Notes under the pieces: generated by a model
The model's input: only the letters and a program-made list of their open reading frames with translations
What the model was told of the DNA's origin: nothing
The model's database searches: none
DNA from: a virus
Virus record (IMG/VR): IMGVR_UViG_3300048104_000741
Location: 1 to 64,000 of that record
Direction: 5' to 3' (one strand)
Length of the DNA: 64,000 nt
In this document: in pieces, positions 53,365-61,984 of the stretch
Layout of the letters: each line of letters starts with the position of its first letter
Numbering within the stretch: position 1 is the stretch's first letter
Program-made: the position numbers and the translations under genes

Positions 53365-55635
53365 ATGATTATCACGGAAAACAAAAACAAGCAAGTAGTT
53401 CGCTCACACAACTTCGATGAAGTAAAATGCACCATTGATGCAGAAGATATGCGTTATGTAGCATCTTTGCTCCGAAACAATTACTCTAACACTCGTCTTG
53501 CAGTAGTGCGTGAAATTACCGCCAATGCGCTTGATGCCAACCTTGAGGCTAATGCTTCTCGTTCAATAGAAGTCAAGTTGCCAACTTCAATGAATCCATC
53601 ATTTGCGGTTCGTGACTTTGGGGGAGGACTTAGTAAAGAAGATGTTTTTGGTCTTTATTCTAAGTACGGCAAGTCAACCAAGCGCACATCCAACAATTAT
53701 ATTGGCGCATTCGGCATTGGTAAGTTTGCACCACTTTCTTATGGTGATAATTTTACTTGCACATCATTTCATGGTGGATTAAAAATCGCATACAATGTAT
53801 TTGTCGATGAATCTGATGATACAAAAATCGTAGAGCTATTTAGTGAACCAAGCAACGAACCAACAGGATTGAGTATTGAGGTTGCGATTTCTGATGGAGA
53901 TATTAATGACTTCAAAGATATTTGTCAAAAATTCTTTAAGTTCTTCTCAAAAGAAGATATGCCTAAATTTATCGGGGCAGAAGAAAATTTTATCAAAGAG
54001 AATAAGGTCACATTAGAATCGAAAGATGATTCTTGGTTCTTCTTGGATGAAGATTCGGGTAGATACAGATATGGGGGTTATAATGCTCATGTTATTATGG
54101 GTAGAGTTTCCTATCCTTTAGACTCTCAAGCATTGAATGTTAAAAAATTCGTGCAAGACGATCAAAAAGCTAGTATAATTGGACAAATTATAGGTTCAAG
54201 TAATTTCTACTTGCGAGTACCTCTAGGTTCAGTAAAATTACATCATAGCAGGGAATCCTTGGAGTATAACAAAACTACTCAACAAAAAATTATTGATAGT
54301 TTATTGGTAGTTGTCGATCAAATTCAAGAGATTTCCAAAGAAAAGTTGGCAGATTCAACTGATCTTTTTGATGCTAAACGCAATTACGCTAGAATTGTCA
54401 ACGCTATGCCTTATGGTATTCGTTCTGTATTTGAGAATAGCTTTGAATGGAATGGTGTAAAGATTGACTCTTCTGTTTTTAACAGAGATTATAGTCTGCA
54501 AGACAATTTGATTCTTACTCATTCTTGGAAAGAAGATGACTCTTCATCTCGCAATGGTTTCAAGATTCGTTCTCAAAAAGTGACTAGAGTTGAATGTCAA
54601 GACAATTATTTGTTCGTTATGCAAGATTTAGAATCTGCTCATGGCATGAATCTGCGAGTCAGAACATTAATGAATGCAGATGATTCGCTCAAAGGGGTTT
54701 ATATTATTCGTGCAGTTGATAGCATCGCAGAAGATCATATTTACAATGAATGGAACTTCAATTTGATCGACAAAAAGCATATTCGATATGCCTCAAATGT
54801 TGAGAAAGAAAAAGTTCAGCATAGTGGAGTGCGCAAGAAAAATGGTAGCCGAGCAAACATTCCATTGTTCAAAATGGTAACAAAAAAGTCAAGTTGGGCA
54901 AACAAGAATCTTGACTTTTGGGAAAATGTCAAGGATAAAATTGAAGATGCCTCTAGCGTAGATGGTTCTTATAATGGCAAACTTGTATATATTCCAATCA
55001 AAAACTACAAGATTGAATATAATGAGTACACTCTCGACATCATCTATGCCAAGATGCAAAGATTCAATGGGCTTCAAAAAGAATCCGAAAAAAATAAAGT
55101 CTCTTTATTTGGTGTTCGGGTAGGAGATGTTAAAAAGTTAGACGATTCTATTTGGATTTCTTTTGATACTTTTTACAAGCAAGTCGCAAAAGATTTTCTA
55201 TTGTCTGACATTAACTCTGCTAATGCTTCTTATACGCATAACAAACTTAAATTTGATCCAAGTGGACTAAGTGTGTATGTTCAAAATTTAGGCAAATTAT
55301 TTATTAATAATTTTGTTGCGAGTAAAAAAGGTCATTCTCTTAATGTGGTTGCAAAGAATTGGAAGATGTTTGCTGATATTGGAAACCATACCGCATATAA
55401 TTATATTCAGTTTCTTCGTAGTACAGATAAAGAGTGGCTTGAATCCAACCTCACGCAACTTGTAACTGCAAAAGAATTGTTGGCTCAATTAAAGTTAGTT
55501 GAAAAGCAATATCCTTTGTTGGTCAATGTTTCTGATATGTTCTCCTCATGGCATGGCATCGAAGAAAATAACTTGCTTAAAAATTTAAACGAATACATTT
55601 CCTTGTGTGATGATAACAGAGAGGGGGAAGGGTGA
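53365..55635 (+). CDS. rIIA: rIIA-like protein (GHKL/HATPase N-terminal domain)
   Basis: YSNTRLAVVREITANALDA, VRDFGGGLS, YGKSTK, IGAFGIGK, SRESLEY; directly upstream of the rIIB-like gene. Confidence 0.85.
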   Translation: MIITENKNKQVVRSHNFDEVKCTIDAEDMRYVASLLRNNYSNTRLAVVREITANALDANLEANASRSIEVKLPTSMNPSFAVRDFGGGLSKEDVFGLYSKYGKSTKRTSNNYIGAFGIGKFAPLSYGDNFTCTSFHGGLKIAYNVFVDESDDTKIVELFSEPSNEPTGLSIEVAISDGDINDFKDICQKFFKFFSKEDMPKFIGAEENFIKENKVTLESKDDSWFFLDEDSGRYRYGGYNAHVIMGRVSYPLDSQALNVKKFVQDDQKASIIGQIIGSSNFYLRVPLGSVKLHHSRESLEYNKTTQQKIIDSLLVVVDQIQEISKEKLADSTDLFDAKRNYARIVNAMPYGIRSVFENSFEWNGVKIDSSVFNRDYSLQDNLILTHSWKEDDSSSRNGFKIRSQKVTRVECQDNYLFVMQDLESAHGMNLRVRTLMNADDSLKGVYIIRAVDSIAEDHIYNEWNFNLIDKKHIRYASNVEKEKVQHSGVRKKNGSRANIPLFKMVTKKSSWANKNLDFWENVKDKIEDASSVDGSYNGKLVYIPIKNYKIEYNEYTLDIIYAKMQRFNGLQKESEKNKVSLFGVRVGDVKKLDDSIWISFDTFYKQVAKDFLLSDINSANASYTHNKLKFDPSGLSVYVQNLGKLFINNFVASKKGHSLNVVAKNWKMFADIGNHTAYNYIQFLRSTDKEWLESNLTQLVTAKELLAQLKLVEKQYPLLVNVSDMFSSWHGIEENNLLKNLNEYISLCDDNREGEG

Positions 55636-55660
55636 TAACTTCCCTCTCTCAATCTTTTTT
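55619..55660 (+). terminator. Putative terminator hairpin between rIIA and rIIB
   Basis: GAGAGGGGGAAG / CTTCCCTCTCTC stem followed by AATCTTTTTT. Confidence 0.55.
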
Positions 55661-55745
55661 AAAATAAACACTTGACATTAAATAGAAAATCACTATACTA
55701 GAACATATTATTAATTATAGAAGTAACAATAAAAACAAAAACATT

Positions 55746-56906
55746 ATGAATAAAGTACCATATACATTAAGTGAAAATTCACTCACCATTTTTTGGGAAG
55801 GCAAGCCTTACACATTGCGCAATGACCATCCCAATTTTAATTTAGCTAAGAAAGCTATTTTTGATGCAAGATACGATGATCTAGGAGATTTGCTAGACAT
55901 TAGCAAGTCTATCGAGAATTTCGTTGAGGGTGACATTGAGGTCAAAGACGAAGTTGTTTACTACAAAGGTCATCGTTTGCATGGTGTTGTGGTTGACAAA
56001 TTGCTCGAAATGCTTCGTGCAGGAATGAAGGATTCTGCTCCTCTTACCAATTTTATTACTCGCTTGCAAGCCAACCCAAGTGCAAATTCAGTCAATGAAT
56101 TGTATTCTTTCTTGAGCTACAAGTCTCTTGCAACCACTCCCGAAGGTATGGTTTTAGGTTACAAGGGTGTTCAAGGTGACTTTTGGAGTTCAACAGGTAA
56201 TGCTGATACCATTGTGGTTCAAGGCAAAACCAATGAGCGCCATCAAATTCTCAACGAAGTCGGGGCAACAATCGAAGTTGCTAGAAGATGCGTTGATGAC
56301 AATAAGGACAATCATTGTTCTTTTGGTCTTCATGTTGGATCATACGATTACGCAAATGGTTGGGCAGGAGAAAGTGGACGCTTACTTCTTGTTGAATTTG
56401 ATCCCCAAGATGCAGTTTCAGTTCCAACTGATTGCGATTTCCAAAAACTTAGGGTTTCTAAGTACAAGGTGATCTCCGATATTACTGACACTCGAAAAGA
56501 GTTAAATACACCTGTCTACGAGGCTAATAAGCCTATCTATGGGTCAGATGATGATGTCGATTATGATGATCTTGACGAAGATGTGGATAATTTCTTAGAT
56601 TCAGATGATGATCTTGATGAATATGGAGAACCAAAAGTCATTCTTCCCGATAATTACGATGATGATGATTTCGACATGGACAATACTGAATCAGAAGACA
56701 ATGAAATGTTGCGCCTTGCGATTCGCAATTATGTTGAAAACAAACATGAACAAGGTATTGACCCAACAATCAATCATGTTAATTCTCTTAAAATTTGCAG
56801 AGATTCGGACATGACTTGTCGTAAGGTTTTTGAATTGTTGGTTAATATGGGTTTTGATATAGAAGATAGTGAATACAAAACTTTAAGCCAATTACAAGTT
56901 TCTTAA
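55746..56906 (+). CDS. rIIB: rIIB-like protein
   Basis: RLQANPS...ELYSFL, TPEGMVLGYK, CSFGLHVG, PQDAVSVPTD...KLRVSKY; acidic linker. Confidence 0.88.
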   Translation: MNKVPYTLSENSLTIFWEGKPYTLRNDHPNFNLAKKAIFDARYDDLGDLLDISKSIENFVEGDIEVKDEVVYYKGHRLHGVVVDKLLEMLRAGMKDSAPLTNFITRLQANPSANSVNELYSFLSYKSLATTPEGMVLGYKGVQGDFWSSTGNADTIVVQGKTNERHQILNEVGATIEVARRCVDDNKDNHCSFGLHVGSYDYANGWAGESGRLLLVEFDPQDAVSVPTDCDFQKLRVSKYKVISDITDTRKELNTPVYEANKPIYGSDDDVDYDDLDEDVDNFLDSDDDLDEYGEPKVILPDNYDDDDFDMDNTESEDNEMLRLAIRNYVENKHEQGIDPTINHVNSLKICRDSDMTCRKVFELLVNMGFDIEDSEYKTLSQLQVS

Positions 56907-57094
56907 AGATTTTAATAAAAAATATTGAAATAAAAACTTCTTTTCATATTATAAAGATATGGAAGAAAATAAAAAATTATCAGATATTACTAGCGTTGAA
57001 GAATTAGATTTATTTATCGGGGATGACGATATTACTGAAGAAGAATATCAAGATTTAGTTTCTTACATTCAAGATAAAAATGCTAAAAATAATT

Positions 57095-57790
57095 AATTAA
57101 ATTTTTAATAATGGGTATTGTAGCGAGGTTAATTTGTTGTCCTTGGTTAAACTTCATCACCCAACTTGTAACTACATAAAAGCAAGTTAATTTTTATTAT
57201 TTCAAATAAATCTTTAAATTATAAGTTCACACAGGAAAATGATAATTTCAAATGCTTTTTTTTATTTTCTATTTCCTTCTTTAAATAACTATCCCAACTA
57301 TACAATATATAAAGATTAGTATAAGGGAATATATAAAGGATAATATAAAGATTTACATATAGATAAGATATATAATTAAAATGAATAAATTATTAAATAT
57401 TATATTTTAGGGAGTGGCGAAATTAATTATATAAAAATATTATGAAAATTAAAATACTATCAATTATAAAAAATACTATAAAATATATTACAAAAAATAT
57501 TATATCAAATAAAAAAAAGAACCAAGCGCAAAATAAAACAAATAAAAAAACTTTACGAATAACAAGAAATCAGTATGGATTTTTTTCAGTCGAAAATAAA
57601 GAAAAATAAATAATAATAGAATTAAATAAACAATTATAATAAATAATAAAATATTTAAACTAAATAAATATAATAATAAATTCGCGCCAAATAACTAAAA
57701 ACAAATTTTAATAAAGTTAAATAATAAAATATTTGAAATAATAAAATATAGAATCAAAATAATTAAACAAGAAATAAGTTAAAGTAATTT
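57095..57790. other. Extremely AT-rich, A-skewed non-coding region (origin/regulatory candidate)
   Basis: No ORF of 60 aa or more; AATAA/AAATAA low-complexity runs. Confidence 0.5.
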
Positions 57791-57791
57791 G

Positions 57792-57868
57792 GAGGGAGTA
57801 GCTCAGATGGATAGAGCATCTGCCTTCTAAGCAGAATGTCGTGAGTTCGAGTCTCACCTTCCTCGCCA
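57792..57868 (+). tRNA. tRNA-Arg (anticodon UCU)
   Basis: Acceptor GAGGGAG/CTTCCTC, D-arm GCTC/GAGC, anticodon arm TCTGC-CTTCTAA-GCAGA, T-arm GTGAG-TTCGAGT-CTCAC, encoded CCA. Confidence 0.96.
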
Positions 57869-57991
57869 AATAATTAAACAAAATATTTTATATAATATAA
57901 AAGCAAATAATAAATAATAATGCTTGACATAATATAAAAAATTATTTAATGTTAAGACTCAAACAAAAATTAATCCAAATAATAAAACAAA

Positions 57992-58291
57992 ATGAGTTTA
58001 GCAAAAGAAATAAATAATAGATTAGATGAAATATTATATATGCGCAAAGAGATGGAACGCATGGAGACAGACCTAAAGGAGGGTGAACCCCTAAAGAATA
58101 TAACAACAGGCGAGAAGACAGACAAGGAGGGCGCAAAGAAGGTTGTCGAAGCAATGATCGACCAAATAAAGTCCGACCTATCCTCTCTTACCAACAAAGG
58201 TCAAAATGTAAGAGATATATTTACAAATAAGTATTATATAAATGACTTCATGCAAGATAGAGAGATACTAGAGAGCGCGCGAAATAATTAG
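57992..58291 (+). CDS. Hypothetical protein
   Basis: ORF with upstream TTGACA promoter. Confidence 0.6.
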   Translation: MSLAKEINNRLDEILYMRKEMERMETDLKEGEPLKNITTGEKTDKEGAKKVVEAMIDQIKSDLSSLTNKGQNVRDIFTNKYYINDFMQDREILESARNN

Positions 58292-58324
58292 AAACAAAAT
58301 TTTTATATTTTAAATAAGTATATA

Positions 58325-58522
58325 TTATTTAATTTTATCAATTTTTTTAATTAATAATTTTCGTTCTGTAATAGGCATTTCTTTATATACTTTATATGCT
58401 ATACTCCTAGAGTTCATTAATCTCTGAAAGGGAGTGCCATTTACTTCGTAAAATAATAAAGAAGAATTAAAAAATTTGTGCGCCAAATACTTAACAATCT
58501 TTTCTTTATCTTTTCCTTCCAT
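58325..58522 (-). CDS. Hypothetical protein
   Basis: GTGTA-N9-ATG upstream (TACAC 58532-58536). Confidence 0.6.
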   Translation of the reverse strand: MEGKDKEKIVKYLAHKFFNSSLLFYEVNGTPFQRLMNSRSIAYKVYKEMPITERKLLIKKIDKIK

Positions 58523-58709
58523 GCGTTGTAATACACTGCTGAAGCGGATCTTGAGGGAAATTATAAATAATTAAGTATAAAATAAATTAAAATTAAAATA
58601 AATTAATGTTAAATAATAAAATAAATTAAAAAATGCTTGACTTAGTCTGAGTATGGCGCTAGTATGGTTCTATCAATCACATTAATCACACACAAAAAAA
58701 GGAAAAATA

Positions 58710-59137
58710 ATGAGTTTAGCAAAATCAGCAAGAGCAAGCGCAGTAATGAGTAAGGTAAAAGGAGGCGACCCTTTCGCTTTTACTCGTAGGTTCTTGGGTT
58801 ACAACGAGGCAAAAGAAGGTATATTAGCTCAACAAAGACAGGCTAGTATAAAACTACAAAAAATTCTGTTTAATAAAAAAGTGAGGGGGGTAGCATAATG
58901 GATACAACAATAAAGCCTCTTAGTGATAAAGTTAGTATGTTTGCAACCAACGAAGAGTTGTATAACCAATTAACTCCAAAAGAAATTTCTTTAATTAAAT
59001 TAGTTAAAGCAGAAGAATTCCTAGAAGATTTATACGGATCAATAATATATCCACAGACACAGGATATGTTTCCGCCCAAAAATAGTTACAATAAAATAAA
59101 AGACTTATTAAAAGAACTGCGCCAATTAAATAAATAA
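58710..59137 (+). other. Two hypothetical ORFs (58710-58898, 58898-59137)
   Basis: TAATG stop/start overlap; upstream TTGACT promoter. Confidence 0.6.
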
Positions 59138-59280
59138 TGAATAAACATACTTATAATAATAACTTTAAATATAAAGGACAATCAATAAACATACTAGTAT
59201 GGAATAAAGATTTTAATCCCTGGAAAACAAAATTAATACTTGACAAATAAAAAATAAATTTATATAATATAAAACATAAT

Positions 59281-59583
59281 ATGAAATATATAATTATAAC
59301 TTGCTTAATACTATGCGGTTGCACCTCTCACATTTCCAAAAAACTTCCACCTGTTGAAGACACTTCTAAAAAACTTCCACCTCTTGCAGATGGTTATCAT
59401 AGACTCTTTGATAAGAATAGTGATAGATATGAAGATATTAGATGCATGAGAAATCCAAAAAAAACTTATGTAACGCATCAAGGGTGCATTATGTGTTGGA
59501 TAGGTGATGATTTGACGAGTGATTCGCGCGATCCTATAATTATGGATCTTAAATCTGGATACGGAAAACGAAAAAAGAAATAA
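59281..59583 (+). CDS. Putative lipoprotein with a duplicated SKKLPP motif
   Basis: ILCGC lipobox; tandem ~27-nt repeat at 59335-59390. Confidence 0.6.
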   Translation: MKYIIITCLILCGCTSHISKKLPPVEDTSKKLPPLADGYHRLFDKNSDRYEDIRCMRNPKKTYVTHQGCIMCWIGDDLTSDSRDPIIMDLKSGYGKRKKK

Positions 59584-59759
59584 TGAAATACATTTTAATT
59601 ACATTAATTTTTATTTGCAGTAGTTGCGCGAACAGGCAAACTGTATTCACGAAAGAATTAGATGGTTTCGACCACTCATGTCCTACTAAAGGTCATGGAG
59701 ATTGTTTCCTCTGTGATTCAAAAGACTTTCGGATAAAAAAATACTTGACAAATAAATAA
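59583..59759 (+). CDS. Putative small Cys-rich lipoprotein
   Basis: MKYILITLIFICSSC...HSCPTKGHGDCFLC; N-terminus resembles that of the preceding ORF. Confidence 0.5.
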   Translation: MKYILITLIFICSSCANRQTVFTKELDGFDHSCPTKGHGDCFLCDSKDFRIKKYLTNK

Positions 59760-59782
59760 TAATATACTATAATACTAAACAT

Positions 59783-60037
59783 ATGACAAATACAAAAAAA
59801 TCAACCGCAATTAACTTTGCTTATTCAAGTTTAGGCTTTTTTGCCGTTTCATTTTTCATCTGCATTGTCTCCCAAGGTATTGGGGGTTATGGAATGCTTG
59901 CTTCTTGCCTCCTTGGTCTTGTGGCATTTGTACTTGGCTTAGTAGAAAAGAATGCTAAAGCATGGGGATTAGGCTTAATAGCCCCTGTTTTGTTCTTTGC
60001 TTTGGTTGTTATAGGTTTAGCAATGGGGATAAGATAA
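59783..60037 (+). CDS. Small three-helix membrane protein
   Basis: Three hydrophobic segments. Confidence 0.65.
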   Translation: MTNTKKSTAINFAYSSLGFFAVSFFICIVSQGIGGYGMLASCLLGLVAFVLGLVEKNAKAWGLGLIAPVLFFALVVIGLAMGIR

Positions 60038-60049
60038 ATAAAAAATAAC

Positions 60050-60078
60050 TTGACTTTTAACAAATAATAGAGTATACT
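60050..60078 (+). promoter_or_regulatory. sigma70-type promoter for the ncRNA
   Basis: TTGACT-N17-TATACT with no start codon or ORF directly downstream. Confidence 0.7.
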
Positions 60079-60084
60079 ATATAA

Positions 60085-60497
60085 ATCATTGAGAAAGCTA
60101 AACTCAATTAAATCAAATAAGTTTTGATCTTTAACATTTTAATTTCTCACAGGTAGCCAATTATAACAATATAGTTTGGACTGAAAAACTACCTGTGAGT
60201 AACACTTTGGAAGGGCTTATAATCCTTCCTGTGGGTGACTGAGTAAGCCTGTGATGAGCGGGCTAAAGTATGCAGATCCCTGTGGTAGGGATGGTAGAGT
60301 CCAATCGGATGAGCCAAATGACAAATACCATGTCTAGTCTGTAGTACGAAGTAGGTACACCATGAACTGATGTTCATCCCGAAAAGTCGGAGGTATACAG
60401 TAGTCCTCCCCCACATCTATTTATCTATTGTCTTGTTCTATGTTTACCCCCTTGTGATTCCTGCGATATTCGCTAACGAATCACAAGGGGGTTTTTT
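60085..60497 (+). ncRNA. Large unassigned structured RNA
   Basis: GC-richer island with at least 8 helices, a boxA-like GATCTTTAACA, and its own promoter and terminator. Confidence 0.7.
60446..60497 (+). terminator. Rho-independent terminator
   Basis: 15-bp stem ACCCCCTTGTGATTC / GAATCACAAGGGGGT followed by a T tract. Confidence 0.85.
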
Positions 60498-60535
60498 GTT
60501 TGACAAAATAAACGAGATCCGTCATACTTATAAAC

Positions 60536-60883
60536 ATGATAGGAATAAATATAAACGACAAAGAACAATCTTTTACCGAGCAAATAATGGCTGGAGATAA
60601 AACAATAGAGACGAGAAATTCAAAGTCTCTTCATCCTTATATAAATAAAGTAGTAGGTATAATAAGAACAGGTAAAGGTAAAGCTACATTAGTAGGGTAT
60701 ACAAAAATAAAAGAAGCAAAAAAATATAATAATAATTTTGATAAAGATTATAATAAACATTTAGTTGCCCCCGATTCTCCTTATCATGGTCAGGATAAAT
60801 GGGGATATATTTTAGTCGATTCATTTCGATGCGAGCCAAGATTAATTACCTCTAAAGGTATAGTTTCCCGAAAATTAGTTTGA
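60536..60883 (+). CDS. ASCH/PUA-like domain protein
   Basis: FTEQIMAGDKTIETR motif. Confidence 0.7.
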   Translation: MIGININDKEQSFTEQIMAGDKTIETRNSKSLHPYINKVVGIIRTGKGKATLVGYTKIKEAKKYNNNFDKDYNKHLVAPDSPYHGQDKWGYILVDSFRCEPRLITSKGIVSRKLV

Positions 60884-60914
60884 CACATTAACCATTAACC
60901 GTTATAGTATACTC

Positions 60915-61214
60915 ATGATCAATACACTATTAAAAATTATATCTAAAGAACAATTCGGCTTTGTCGATTCTAACGACCTTAAGGTGATTGAGGAGGAGAT
61001 GCCCACCCTTCCATTGCTAATGCGTTTTGGAGCCTGTCGCGAGATCTCAGAAGCGTCTCTAGTTAAGACCATTATCTCGGAGAAGGAAGCAGCCGGAGAT
61101 TATATTCGAGATGTCTCTATTCCTGCGAGAGTATTAGACGCGATGTATGAAACTCCACCCATTCGCGGGTTTGAATCTGAGGTTAAAACTGCCATTGAAA
61201 CCTTAAGGGCGTAA
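60915..61214 (+). CDS. Hypothetical protein
   Basis: Leaderless promoter TTGACA at 60880. Confidence 0.65.
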   Translation: MINTLLKIISKEQFGFVDSNDLKVIEEEMPTLPLLMRFGACREISEASLVKTIISEKEAAGDYIRDVSIPARVLDAMYETPPIRGFESEVKTAIETLRA

Positions 61215-61393
61215 TGGAGCTATTCTTTATTATTGCCTTTGCAATCATCCTCGGAATAAAACTCTTAAACGAAAATTAATATATATAAATATAGTATACA
61301 GTATAATATAAAATACAAAATATAAAATAATATAAAAAGCAAAAAATATATGTATAAACAATAAATAAATAAAATTTTCTTATCATAATAATT

Positions 61394-61424
61394 CCCCTCG
61401 TTCCATTCGGAGCGGGGGTTTTTT
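61394..61424 (+). terminator. Rho-independent terminator
   Basis: CCCCTCGTTCC-ATTC-GGAGCGGGGG followed by TTTTTT. Confidence 0.75.
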
Positions 61425-61447
61425 ATTGACTTATTCTCTTGCTTTCA

Positions 61448-61542
61448 TAAGTGGTTGAGTATTAGTGACTTACAGCTGGCGGCTGCCGGATTCCTAAGTT
61501 GATGATTATCAATTACTTAGCCAAGTTAAATTAATTTAACTT
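61448..61542. repeat. Two 25-bp TAAGT-N15-ACTTA quasi-palindromes around a GC-rich spacer, plus a 20-bp perfect palindrome
   Basis: 61448-61472 and 61495-61519; AAGTTAAATTAATTTAACTT at 61523-61542. Confidence 0.65.
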
Positions 61543-61582
61543 TTTTCTTGCTATATTTGAAGAACTACCTTAGTATGTATAT

Positions 61583-61984
61583 ATGATTAAGAGAAACCAA
61601 CACGACCCACGATACATCATCAAGTCAAACCGACCTGTTTATGTATACAAGAATCTTCACAAGGACTGCTGGTCAGTCAAGCAACACGGATTAGTCAAGG
61701 CTCATATCCCAAGAGATCATTCAATTGGAATGTGGGATTGCTATTTCCATGTTGATGTTAAGGGCAGAGAAAAGGTTCTTCGTGAGAAGCGGAAGAATGT
61801 TCATGCGTTTGTCAAGGGTTATCTTCAAGATGCAGAGAATGTAGACACCGATCTTCCCGCGACAGAGGTAACATATAATCCATATAAGTATGAGACTTTT
61901 GTTGACAAGAACACCGAAAAGTTTGTATACTATGCAGATCAAGTTTTACTACAACACAACCAAGTAACCGCCTACACAAGATGA
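61583..61984 (+). CDS. Phage hypothetical protein
   Basis: VYKNLHKDCWSV...GREKVLREKRKNVHAFVKG...YNPYK motif set typical of a widespread phage family. Confidence 0.75.
   Translation: MIKRNQHDPRYIIKSNRPVYVYKNLHKDCWSVKQHGLVKAHIPRDHSIGMWDCYFHVDVKGREKVLREKRKNVHAFVKGYLQDAENVDTDLPATEVTYNPYKYETFVDKNTEKFVYYADQVLLQHNQVTAYTR

Noticed and set aside
2348-56814. Short antisense or alternate-frame ORFs inside long genes (e.g. 2348, 4569, 5457, 18514, 19158, 24514, 31050, 54889, 56167)
   Set aside because: Shadow ORFs with no motifs or promoters.
60250-60390. Hammerhead ribozyme inside the large ncRNA (TGATGAG, GGATGAG, CTGATG...CGAAA)
   Set aside because: No complete CUGAnGA + GAAA + NUH core with the three required stems could be assembled by eye.
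60189-60600. ORFs 60189-60416 (-) and 60370-60600 (+)
   Set aside because: Atypical composition; they overlap the structured RNA and its terminator.
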